Source: a virus
Direction: 5' to 3' (one strand)
Virus genome (UHGV): UHGV-1370141
DNA: 64,000 nt
The position numbers were made by a program, and so were the translations under genes. The notes beneath the pieces were generated by a model, which saw nothing but the letters and a program-made list of their open reading frames with translations, made no database searches and was not told where the DNA came from. This document shows, one piece after another, positions 38,042 to 46,666 of the stretch. Position 1 is the first letter of the stretch. Every line of letters starts with the position of its first letter.

Positions 38042-38518
38042 TCACAGCCCTAAGTGCGTGAGTGATAAGATAGGCTGTGAGACACCCTGGATAGTAGCGT
38101 GGGAACGATACATTTCGGCGTTGGTTGAGAATACCTCGTTAGCGATAATGCATTCACCCGTCTCTAAAGATAGGAGATAAATGTAATCGCTCCATACGCT
38201 TTGTACCAAGACCCACTCTAAGGATGGACCACAGTCTGATGTTGCTTGCAAATAGTGGAAATAAGGACGTATCGCATCCACCGCCGCATTAAAGCGACGA
38301 TGATAAATTCGAGTTAAGTCAAACGACCAAATTGTTTCCAGGTCAATAGGGCGTAAAGTACGCACGGTTTTGATAATAGTTTCCTGGTCGTTGTGTCGTG
38401 CAGCATCAGCAATCAATAGCAGTTTCCAAGCTACCGTTAAGTTGTGGCGAATATACTCAGGCTTAGCCGTCAGTTCGTGATGGAATTGGGCTGCTTGATA
38501 AACATTAGATAAACGCAT
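38042..38518 (-). CDS. Hypothetical protein (158 aa)
   Basis: ORF in - block. Confidence 0.4.
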   Translation of the reverse strand: MRLSNVYQAAQFHHELTAKPEYIRHNLTVAWKLLLIADAARHNDQETIIKTVRTLRPIDLETIWSFDLTRIYHRRFNAAVDAIRPYFHYLQATSDCGPSLEWVLVQSVWSDYIYLLSLETGECIIANEVFSTNAEMYRSHATIQGVSQPILSLTHLGL

Positions 38519-38596
38519 TTTAATTCTCCTTTAGGTAAAACAAGTCGTAAAAAGGACCCCGGACGAATCGGAACGTACCGGGGCCAAGACTACACA

Positions 38597-38986
38597 TCAG
38601 TAATCTAATTCGATAGCACCTAACATCTCACCGCGTTCTTCGATGACGATAAGATGGCGGTCACGTGATTTGCTTTTCGCAAGCGTTAGTACAACTGTGG
38701 GGTCACACGTTTTGGTCGTTACAGGAAGCACCTCTTTTGCTACAGAGTCGAGTACGAAATAATAACCCGCAGGGCAGGTTGTCCCACCATCTGCTTTTAC
38801 GAGTATATAGCGTCCATCTGCGCCAACTTCTTGGCACTCGCCTGCATCGCCTTCGCAGACTTCAAAACCCGGTGGGTTGTAGTGATAGTCTGTGTTCGTT
38901 GCCGGGGTAAGTAATAAATCGTCGATGTGTGTAGAAGCCATAACTCCGATTGAGAAAAACGCCAACAAAGCGCAGATAAGACGCAT
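38597..38986 (-). CDS. Small secreted protein 1 of 5 (129 aa)
   Basis: N-terminal signal-peptide-like MRLICALLAFFSIGVMAS; several Cys in mature part. Confidence 0.45.
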   Translation of the reverse strand: MRLICALLAFFSIGVMASTHIDDLLLTPATNTDYHYNPPGFEVCEGDAGECQEVGADGRYILVKADGGTTCPAGYYFVLDSVAKEVLPVTTKTCDPTVVLTLAKSKSRDRHLIVIEERGEMLGAIELDY

Positions 38987-38996
38987 GGTTTACTCC

Positions 38997-39407
38997 TTAG
39001 ATTTTAAGTTTGTCCTGTGCTACAACGATTGGTGCTCCAGAGGTGTCGATAACACCTACAGTCGGCACACCATTTTTGATTTTGAAGAACGGTTTGTTTT
39101 CGCCTGAACACAATTGGTTGTCTTTGTATTCGATTTTCTGTGCTTTCCAAGTTTCCAGGTTGAGTACCGACATAGGGCTGTCGTAGCACCAGGCACCACC
39201 TTGCTCAACAACGAAAACATATCTGTTACCTTTGTATTCAAACAAATTCTTTGTCTGGCAATACAGACCGTCAATTTCTGTGCAGTAGAATTCATCGGTA
39301 CTGTTGACGTATTTGATACCCGCCGGTAGCTTTATTGTTTTTGCTGCTACGTTAAGAGAGAACAGAACAGTTACAGCAACGAGTAAAGTTTTGATAAACG
39401 TTTTCAT
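38997..39407 (-). CDS. Small secreted protein 2 of 5 (136 aa)
   Basis: Signal-peptide-like MKTFIKTLLVAVTVLFSLNVAA. Confidence 0.45.
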   Translation of the reverse strand: MKTFIKTLLVAVTVLFSLNVAAKTIKLPAGIKYVNSTDEFYCTEIDGLYCQTKNLFEYKGNRYVFVVEQGGAWCYDSPMSVLNLETWKAQKIEYKDNQLCSGENKPFFKIKNGVPTVGVIDTSGAPIVVAQDKLKI

Positions 39408-39422
39408 GACAGACTCCTTAAA

Positions 39423-39905
39423 TTAATTAACCGTAGCTACGTATTTCTTAACCAGATAGGCGAATTCATTAACGCCGATATCGCCAAACCAAACCAGGTA
39501 ACCTGGGTCGACGTTGTAATAGTAACCTACCACGACATGGGTCTGCGGGTTATAAAGCGTCGTGATGTATTCCCAACCACAAGCATTGCTTTTGCAAGCG
39601 GTAGATTCAAGCCAGATTTTGCCGTTGATTTGCACGGGAATAACATCGCCGCCAGGACCATCCATCACGCCATCTTTACCGAATAACCCGTCTAGTCCGA
39701 CAGGTTTCAACGCTTTATCGATTGCGGCTTTATAAGTCGCATCGTCGGTATAGAGTGTGTTGATATCAGGACATGCACTGGGTTGTTCAGCCCAGGCTTC
39801 CGGGTTACAACTAAGTGCTTGTTTTACACTAGCCGCTTCTGCGTTAAAGGTAAAGCCCGTGAACAGAACCGCCACGAAGAACATCAGGGTATGTAAACGT
39901 TTCAT
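39423..39905 (-). CDS. Small secreted protein 3 of 5 (160 aa)
   Basis: Signal-peptide-like MKRLHTLMFFVAVLFTGFTFNAEA. Confidence 0.45.
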   Translation of the reverse strand: MKRLHTLMFFVAVLFTGFTFNAEAASVKQALSCNPEAWAEQPSACPDINTLYTDDATYKAAIDKALKPVGLDGLFGKDGVMDGPGGDVIPVQINGKIWLESTACKSNACGWEYITTLYNPQTHVVVGYYYNVDPGYLVWFGDIGVNEFAYLVKKYVATVN

Positions 39906-39923
39906 TGTAAATTCTCCATTAAA

Positions 39924-40316
39924 TTATTCAGCGCTACGATTTAAAGTAATACGACCGATCAGTTCTGCATTATGGAAGAAGTCCACAGCAGTATAGTTAC
40001 CGACCTCTAACGGATGAATACTGACTGACATGACTTTTGGTTGTTCGCAGGCGATATCCGTCAGACGTTGGTAGACTTGTGCACGAGTGTCAGCAATGAG
40101 TAATCCGGTACACGATTCACCACGCACTAAACGATAAACTTGCAGTTTACCGAAACTGCGCATTAACGTAGGCGACTCATCCGGGTTGATAATGGGTGAA
40201 TCAGGAGCCGGTTCGTAATGGCGGACGTCCGAATCGCCGAAAGCATAAGTGGCCGTAATACCGACTGCACAGAAAATAATGATGGTATAAAGTATAGTTC
40301 TGATATTCATTTTCAC
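39924..40316 (-). CDS. Small secreted protein 4 of 5 (130 aa)
   Basis: Signal-peptide-like MKMNIRTILYTIIIFCAVGITATYA. Confidence 0.45.
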   Translation of the reverse strand: MKMNIRTILYTIIIFCAVGITATYAFGDSDVRHYEPAPDSPIINPDESPTLMRSFGKLQVYRLVRGESCTGLLIADTRAQVYQRLTDIACEQPKVMSVSIHPLEVGNYTAVDFFHNAELIGRITLNRSAE

Positions 40317-40338
40317 GCACTCTAAAAAAGATTAATAC

Positions 40339-40800
40339 TTATTTGTTAGGACGGGTGTGTCCACAGTTCTGGAAGAAAGTTTCAGACAGACGTTCGCCTT
40401 CTACGGTAAAGTTAGCGGCTTCGTTTCCGTTGATATTCACACTGAAAGTTTTGGCATTGCCGATAGCATTAACGAAAGCCACCCAAGCGAGTTCTGCTTT
40501 GTCACTACCATCCACCGTAGGGATGTTGTAAGTTTTGCCATTTACGACAATATCCAGCGTGTTGTCTTCAGCGTTAGTTGCACCTACAGGTTCCCCGTAA
40601 TACCAAACCATGCGACCGTAAAATTTGCGATTCGCGGTTTCAGTGTCACAGTTGATAGACAGTCCGTTTCCGGTGGTGTCTTCGATTTCGTAAACAGCTT
40701 GACCTGGGTTCTGTAGTTGTTCCCAACTATTGATTGCAGCGTGTGCAGTATTGAATCCGATTGCGAAAAGGCCGATTAAAAAGGAAGTGAAGATTTTCAT
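40339..40800 (-). CDS. Small secreted protein 5 of 5 (153 aa)
   Basis: Signal-peptide-like MKIFTSFLIGLFAIGFNTAHA. Confidence 0.45.
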   Translation of the reverse strand: MKIFTSFLIGLFAIGFNTAHAAINSWEQLQNPGQAVYEIEDTTGNGLSINCDTETANRKFYGRMVWYYGEPVGATNAEDNTLDIVVNGKTYNIPTVDGSDKAELAWVAFVNAIGNAKTFSVNINGNEAANFTVEGERLSETFFQNCGHTRPNK

Positions 40801-40892
40801 TGTTTTGCTCCTCGTGGGGTTAACAAGTAAAAGAGTTAATCTTAACTCTCACCTAAGTAATATATATCTGAGATTATTTTTAATGTTAGATA

Positions 40893-40926
40893 ACAAAAAA
40901 TAAAAGGTGGGGTTTACACCCCACCG
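40893..40926 (-). terminator. Rho-independent terminator (GGTGGGGT-ttac-ACCCCACC; U-run on - strand)
   Basis: Perfect 8 bp stem with plus-strand A-run on 5' side, right after the stop of 40930..41508. Confidence 0.5.
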
Positions 40927-40929
40927 TTG

Positions 40930-41508
40930 TTAAACGTCGAATCGATACTGACGAGAATTGATTAAGAATTCTGTATTCAGTTCAATCCATTCGAGCAGGT
41001 CACCCAGTTGTAAACGACTTGGGTTTTCTAACTCGATAGTGGCAACCGGATAAGAGTTTACTAATTCCGTAATTGCCTCAATACCTTCTTGCGTTCCATC
41101 GTCTTCTAAGGTAATTATAAACGGCATATCGGTACGCTCTGCGTTCGGGTTATACAGACTGACTTTCGTTGCCTGTACAAACGCCGAGTAATCGTCACGC
41201 ATGATTCTAATGTCAGGCGCTAACGTTACCCAGAGGTGTTGTCCCGGTTGGAGTTTACGTTTTGCGTAGTTTAAGAACGGATTAGCCGGTAAGTTTTCCA
41301 AACCACTGCAAATGTTCCGTAAATGAATTCCTCGCGGGTCTTTATAGTCCACAGTGAAAATTCCTACCGGTTCACGGTCTGCCTGTTTTACCAGAAAGGC
41401 CAATACCGTGTCCGCTCTCTCTGGTAAGGAAAGCTCTATTCCCTCAAGCTCCCCGTCGACGAGGTTTTCCAACCAAACGTCTTTTCTCATTTCTATTAAT
41501 CGGTACAC
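40930..41508 (-). CDS. Hypothetical protein (192 aa)
   Basis: ORF in - block. Confidence 0.4.
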   Translation of the reverse strand: MYRLIEMRKDVWLENLVDGELEGIELSLPERADTVLAFLVKQADREPVGIFTVDYKDPRGIHLRNICSGLENLPANPFLNYAKRKLQPGQHLWVTLAPDIRIMRDDYSAFVQATKVSLYNPNAERTDMPFIITLEDDGTQEGIEAITELVNSYPVATIELENPSRLQLGDLLEWIELNTEFLINSRQYRFDV

Positions 41509-41520
41509 GGTACCACCTCT

Positions 41521-42294
41521 TTAGTTATTGAGATTTACATCTGCGATAAACAACAATTGTTTGCCGTGTTGCTGTACTTCTTTCCAACCTAATTTCATAG
41601 CAGTATCAACAACATCAACCATGCTGTAACGGGACATCAAAGATTCTGATTTTGTTCCTGACATTAAGTAAAGTGGCTCATTAGGGCTACGGTCACGTGC
41701 GTCAGGAAGTTCACGTACGACTGCCGAGCCTTCGGGTACGGTAACAAGATGAATCACGGTAAATGGCCTCTTGTGCGTTAAATAGATACGAAATCCAACG
41801 TGTTCAGATTCATGAAAGATTTTCCTCACAACCACATCTTTCAGTGTTGTTTGAACATCAGCCCCAGGCAATATCATGGATTCGCGTGAAACGAAACAAC
41901 GACTATTTTCAATTGTGGAGAAATAATTACGTAGCGGTAAACTGGCGTTATTATCGCGCAGTCTTTTGCTTAAACGGTCGTAATCCATTTCTTTAACTTC
42001 TTCTAACCATGCGTAGGCACGTTCAACGTAGTACAGACCAACAGCGCGATAAGTTAATACTTTGCCTGTGGCCACTTGCCAGAGCTTAACGGTTAGCGTA
42101 TCAGGTTTATATCGCCGATATTCTCCGCGTGTATAAGTGATACGTTGATAAAGACCCACGTCTTCTGTTGGCGCGGATTCGACCGATTGTAATTGCAGCG
42201 TTCGATGAAATCTATCGTCTAGCAACAATGAAGCCAGCGAACCTTTAACCATATACGGTTCAGATTTAAAGAGGTCGTCTAAATGAATTTTCAT
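41521..42294 (-). CDS. Member 1 of a four-gene paralogue family with conserved C-terminal module (GWKEV...GKQLLFIADV)
   Basis: 257-aa ORF; the C-terminal roughly 30 aa is shared with the three neighbouring genes. Confidence 0.5.
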   Translation of the reverse strand: MKIHLDDLFKSEPYMVKGSLASLLLDDRFHRTLQLQSVESAPTEDVGLYQRITYTRGEYRRYKPDTLTVKLWQVATGKVLTYRAVGLYYVERAYAWLEEVKEMDYDRLSKRLRDNNASLPLRNYFSTIENSRCFVSRESMILPGADVQTTLKDVVVRKIFHESEHVGFRIYLTHKRPFTVIHLVTVPEGSAVVRELPDARDRSPNEPLYLMSGTKSESLMSRYSMVDVVDTAMKLGWKEVQQHGKQLLFIADVNLNN

Positions 42295-42361
42295 TTCTAT
42301 TTCCTTCTTAACAAAAGCCGCGACTAAAGCGCGGCAGTTAGAGAAAGTGTATTTTCACTTA

Positions 42362-43513
42362 TTAAAGGTCAGCAACAAACAGCAGCTGATTGCCGTACGG
42401 TTCGACAGATTTCCAACCGTAATCTTTACCGATCGTCGTTAGATGACCGGTATTTAACTTTTTGTCAACCATTCGCAGACGCATCATTAGCGTATTGGAT
42501 TCTGCCGCATCGAGTAATAACGCAGGTTCTTTTTCAGTGCGGTCATCTGCTTTCGGGAAGAAACTGTAATATTGACTTTTGGGCAGATCGATTGACAACG
42601 TATAATTTTTCTTTGTAACGAATAACGCCATCCCTTCGAAATTGCAATCGAAGCGATATTCCCAACCCGCTTCTGCTAAAACGTCCTTTAGCATCTCCAT
42701 GACTTTAAGCTGGTTAACGCTAGGCAGTCGGTAGATTGCAAGACCACTTGGGAAAATGCGTATACCGTCGACGACACTATCGGTGGTTTCGTCAATAAGT
42801 TCAGGATAGCGTTGTGAGAAAATGTGATCGCTCTTGCTTTTCTCTTCGACGTCACGAATGAATTGGGCTAATTCGTCTTTTAAGGCAGACATTTGATTTT
42901 CTCCTTTGTCTTCAATAATCAGGTGGGGTTCGCCGCTAACTAAAATGTGGTAAACAATGTCGTCGGTAGAACGGTAAGTGAGCTTGATAGCTTTATCACT
43001 TAACATTTCGTAGCGGAAGAAGCTTTCGTACCAGCTTGAGCCGAAATCGTTTTGTGTGAGTTCCTGCTCAACTTTGATGGTTTTTGCTTCAAAGCCAATT
43101 AACCCGCTTAATAACGCGAGTTCTGGTTTAGTTAAAATAGCTGCGCCGTGAAAGGACACTTGTTCAAGCTGAAAACATAAATTACTGACTTTACCACTTG
43201 GGAAGACTTTAAACATAATCTTCCGGTTGCTACTCTTTTCTCTAACAACGAGTTTACGGTAATTTAGTCCAGAATTTGTGTAAGCCGTGAACTGGTAACC
43301 TTCAATTTCTTCGTCGTAAGTACAGACATCGACAGGCGCGATAATCTCATCGTATTCACTCAGTACACAGCAGCCCAAGTTATAACCAAACAACTCGCGT
43401 TGTAATGAAGACTCGATGGTTAAGCTTGGCAGTGGCCATGTCCGATTATAGCATCTGTCCATCAGTTCTTTTAGGATCTTGACATGCCCTGGTTTAGAAA
43501 TAATATTTCGCAT
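42362..43513 (-). CDS. Member 2 of the paralogue family (C-terminus GWKSVEPYGNQLLFVADL)
   Basis: 383-aa ORF; shared C-terminal module. Confidence 0.5.
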   Translation of the reverse strand: MRNIISKPGHVKILKELMDRCYNRTWPLPSLTIESSLQRELFGYNLGCCVLSEYDEIIAPVDVCTYDEEIEGYQFTAYTNSGLNYRKLVVREKSSNRKIMFKVFPSGKVSNLCFQLEQVSFHGAAILTKPELALLSGLIGFEAKTIKVEQELTQNDFGSSWYESFFRYEMLSDKAIKLTYRSTDDIVYHILVSGEPHLIIEDKGENQMSALKDELAQFIRDVEEKSKSDHIFSQRYPELIDETTDSVVDGIRIFPSGLAIYRLPSVNQLKVMEMLKDVLAEAGWEYRFDCNFEGMALFVTKKNYTLSIDLPKSQYYSFFPKADDRTEKEPALLLDAAESNTLMMRLRMVDKKLNTGHLTTIGKDYGWKSVEPYGNQLLFVADL

Positions 43514-43541
43514 TTTTACTCTCCTTTAGGGTTTTCGTTAC

Positions 43542-44081
43542 TTAAACATCAAAAGCTAAGAACAACAGTTGCTGACCGAGTTTGCGCACAGTATGCCAGC
43601 CGTGCGCTTTTGCTGTTTCTACTAACGTTTCCCAATCGTCAACGTTACAACCGTCTTTTTTCAGTTTTGTAAGTAGTGTCTCTGCTTCTTTATCTGTCAA
43701 CAATAATCCTGGGTTACTTAACGTAGACGTAAGTGGGTTAGGGAAATATGCGTAGCGTCTTGCGAAAGTAAAGTTCACGAGATAACGTGCTTTCCCCGTG
43801 TCTAGAAGCGTAACAACATCCACGCCGCCGTCGTAGGACGCGCTCGTCACTTTCCATCCTGTACCGGAAAACAGTTGACTGAATAATTTGGTAAAGATAT
43901 CCCCGGAACCGCGATGATAAAGCACAGCATCTTCGTTGATTTTTTCTATTTCAATACCAGTGATCGTTGTACCCGGTTGAATAACGTTAGACAATATACT
44001 GTACGGGCTTTCAAAACGATGTTTACCCACACCCAGGTTAACAAACTTAATAGCTTGTTGTTTCATTTCGATACTAACCAT
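43542..44081 (-). CDS. Member 3 of the paralogue family (C-terminus GWHTVRKLGQQLLFLAFDV)
   Basis: 179-aa ORF; shared C-terminal module. Confidence 0.5.
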   Translation of the reverse strand: MVSIEMKQQAIKFVNLGVGKHRFESPYSILSNVIQPGTTITGIEIEKINEDAVLYHRGSGDIFTKLFSQLFSGTGWKVTSASYDGGVDVVTLLDTGKARYLVNFTFARRYAYFPNPLTSTLSNPGLLLTDKEAETLLTKLKKDGCNVDDWETLVETAKAHGWHTVRKLGQQLLFLAFDV

Positions 44082-44108
44082 GATATTTTCTCCTTTAGGT
44101 TTTTTTAC

Positions 44109-44846
44109 TTACGCGGTTTTAATTAACAGCAGATAGTCCTTCGTAATCTCAGCACAACCCCACCCTCTCATCGCGGCGATTTTACGAAGATCAATTTTCT
44201 CGTGATATTTCAATAAGGGATCGTCCGGGTTAATTTCAACCAGGTGTGTGGCTTTAGAAATCGTTTCCACATCTGGTATTTGTTTTGCTAAGTCCGATGC
44301 AATTAGTTCAATAACGCGGTATCCGTTTAACACAGAAACATAAATGCGTAAACCATATAGCGTGCCCTCGTCTTCTAATGGACAAAGATCGATGCCGGGT
44401 CCAAGCAGTGATAACTCGACGTTATCGGGAAGGTTTTCTGCATTTCGGAGTAACCCTATCCCATTTCTAAACAGAGGGAAGTAAGAGAATAGTGGTGGTA
44501 AAGCCCAACCATTCCCAATAAGCACATCAGCGATACTCGTAGGTGTGTTCGCAAGAAGACGAATGTGGTCAGCCACAACTTCAAGTTCGGCATCACTGAT
44601 CAACTTATAGATTAACATGACACTGGTTTCGGTATTAATAACAAAGAAGACGCGGTTGGCGTAACTGCCTATCACGTATTCGTCAATCATACAGTCGATA
44701 ACGTCACTGTCTGGATAATCTTCAGGTTTAATTGTTCCAGCATCGATTAACTTAGCAGGTTGCGATTGTTTTAATAGTTCTTTAACCACCGTAGAAGAAA
44801 GTTCTAAACTGGTGTTGGTAAAGATATCGTCTAACAATTCTCTCAT
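44109..44846 (-). CDS. Member 4 (divergent) of the paralogue family (C-terminus GWGCAEITKDYLLLIKTA)
   Basis: Start set to internal Met (MRELLDD) preceded by AGGAGA SD; weaker match to the C-terminal module. Confidence 0.45.
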   Translation of the reverse strand: MRELLDDIFTNTSLELSSTVVKELLKQSQPAKLIDAGTIKPEDYPDSDVIDCMIDEYVIGSYANRVFFVINTETSVMLIYKLISDAELEVVADHIRLLANTPTSIADVLIGNGWALPPLFSYFPLFRNGIGLLRNAENLPDNVELSLLGPGIDLCPLEDEGTLYGLRIYVSVLNGYRVIELIASDLAKQIPDVETISKATHLVEINPDDPLLKYHEKIDLRKIAAMRGWGCAEITKDYLLLIKTA

Positions 44847-45231
44847 GGGGTTTATTCTCCTAAAAAGGGATAAGGAAGTCACTACGTTCCTCTGGGAAGA
44901 GTATGTCGGTATACTACGTATACCTCCGCTATTTATATCCGTATACATAATGCCCCCTACCCCCTACCGGTATCCCGAGTAGCAGAATAAAGGGACAATC
45001 TGTAAATTTTAAGTAATACTATGATTACCGTGGTAGATAAGGTGAATAGTGACGGAAGAGTCTCACTACCTCTTCGATACCGTCTTTCTGTTCAGCGAAC
45101 ATGGTAGCCTCCACTATTGTTAGTATCCGTTTCGAAAAGAAACGTGCCCATAGGGGTTGAAGTGCGAGTTCAACCCCTATTCACTTAAGTAAAATATATC
45201 TGAATCTATTTCCGATCTAAGGAACGACCTA

Positions 45232-46197
45232 ATGGAGAAATCCAGCGTTGATTTTTTCTCAATTGGTATCGTCGCGGAAGACAAACCCCGTGGTACAGAT
45301 CGGGTAAAAGTGATACCAATTGAAACCAACTTTGCGAACCCTACCGTTGTACAATCGGTTTCCTCAACCGCTGAAAAGGTACACGATACTGGGGGTGCTA
45401 CTGACAACCTAACGATTAAAACAGGTAACACGATTACCGCAAAGTGGTGGAAGTTTAATTCCAACCGAATTAATTCCCCAGACGTTAAGCGAGAAGATTA
45501 CGTTATCTTGCTACGTCTAGGGCAAACCGATATTTATTTTTGGATTGATCTGAATTTTGCTAACGTTAAGCGATTAGAAGATGCGGTTTACGCGTGGTCT
45601 GCTGACCCTGAAAACCAGATGGCGGATGACTTGTCGAATGCGTATGTGTTAAACGTCTCAACGATTGACAAACACGTTACCCTAAGAACAAGTATGGTGA
45701 ACGGGGAGAAAGCGGCGTGGTTATTCCAATTCGATAACGCTAACGGGTCGTGGCAGTGCGTTGACCATAAAGGGAATAAGTATTACATTAACTCGGTGGA
45801 AGACGATTTAGGTTTTGAGAACGCGATGCTTTCGAAAGTGAACATCAACAAAGAAGATGCATTCATTTACGCAAAACGTTCGATTAACCTGGAAACGAAA
45901 ACGATTAATGAGAAATGCGAAGTTCGGAATACCGAAGCGTCGAAATCGGTTACCTTTAAAACAGAAACCTGGCTAACTGAAGCTTCTGGTTCAACAACGT
46001 ATAAAACGCCGAACTTCAAGCAAGAAGGTAATGAAGCGATGTTCACCGGTAATTTGGAAGTTGCTAAGAACTTCAAATACGGTGGTACGGGCGAAGGCGT
46101 GGGTATCTTTACGGTTAAGGATGCGGTTATTTCCGGTATTACCTTCAGCGTACACATCCATGACGGCGTCCATGGCCCAACTTCAGGCCCACGCTGA
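45232..46197 (+). CDS. Hypothetical protein (321 aa), possibly structural
   Basis: First + strand gene after the divergent intergenic region; T/N/K-rich beta-like composition. Confidence 0.45.
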   Translation: MEKSSVDFFSIGIVAEDKPRGTDRVKVIPIETNFANPTVVQSVSSTAEKVHDTGGATDNLTIKTGNTITAKWWKFNSNRINSPDVKREDYVILLRLGQTDIYFWIDLNFANVKRLEDAVYAWSADPENQMADDLSNAYVLNVSTIDKHVTLRTSMVNGEKAAWLFQFDNANGSWQCVDHKGNKYYINSVEDDLGFENAMLSKVNINKEDAFIYAKRSINLETKTINEKCEVRNTEASKSVTFKTETWLTEASGSTTYKTPNFKQEGNEAMFTGNLEVAKNFKYGGTGEGVGIFTVKDAVISGITFSVHIHDGVHGPTSGPR

Positions 46198-46315
46198 TTT
46201 CCCCTTTTTCTTACGTTGGTATTATATATTGTGACCTGACGTTGGTAAGCTTCTTATCAACACTTTTCTTAAACCTCATCGTTTAGTTAAGCAGGCCACT
46301 TTTTTCGCGCACTCA

Positions 46316-46345
46316 CTCCTCCCTTCGGGGAGGAGCTATCTTATG
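46316..46345 (+). terminator. Terminator-like hairpin (CTCCTCCC-ttcg-GGGAGGAG)
   Basis: Perfect 8 bp GC stem with tetraloop followed by a moderately U-rich tail; downstream of 45232..46197. Confidence 0.4.
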
Positions 46346-46396
46346 CTTTGGTTGTAACACGATACAGTCCTTCCTTTCTTTAACTGGAGAGTAGCT

Positions 46397-46606
46397 ATGG
46401 CTATTAAAGAATTCTCTTCTGCTGAACACATTCCTGAAGAGTTCAAGAAAATTGGTAACGTAAGCGCTTTCGGTGATACCGTAGACGACGTTACTGCTAA
46501 GCTGGCTGTCGAAGCTGAAAAGATCGGCGGTGAAGCGTTTAAAGTTATCGGTATTTCCGGTAACAACAAACTGCACGGTAACGCGATTGTCTACAAAAAA
46601 GACTAA
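46397..46606 (+). CDS. DUF1471 (YdgH/BhsA/McbA)-like small protein without signal peptide
   Basis: FGDTVDDVTAKLAVEAEKIGGEAFKVIGISGNNKLHGNAIVYKK resembles, from memory, the E. coli BhsA/YcfR core (...GAKSFRITSVTGPNTLHGTAVIYK); GGAGAG SD; flanked by hairpins on both sides. Confidence 0.5.
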   Translation: MAIKEFSSAEHIPEEFKKIGNVSAFGDTVDDVTAKLAVEAEKIGGEAFKVIGISGNNKLHGNAIVYKKD

Positions 46607-46608
46607 GT

Positions 46609-46666
46609 GAAAAAAAAACGTGCTACTCCTACCCTCTAAGAGGGTAGGAGGTTACTTATTTTTTTC
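46609..46666. terminator. Bidirectional rho-independent terminator (CTCCTACCCT-ctaag-AGGGTAGGAG; A-run 5', T-run 3')
   Basis: Perfect 10 bp stem between convergent genes ending at 46606 (+) and 46656 (-). Confidence 0.6.

Noticed and set aside
45177-45464. 95-aa - strand ORF overlapping the start of 45232..46197
   Set aside because: Overlaps the SD and start region of a well-supported + strand gene and lies in the divergent control region; likely non-coding.
46313-46576. Two - strand ORFs (46313..46576 and 46336..46569) antisense to the DUF1471-like gene
   Set aside because: Antisense to a gene with a good SD and a recognisable conserved domain; they begin inside a terminator hairpin.
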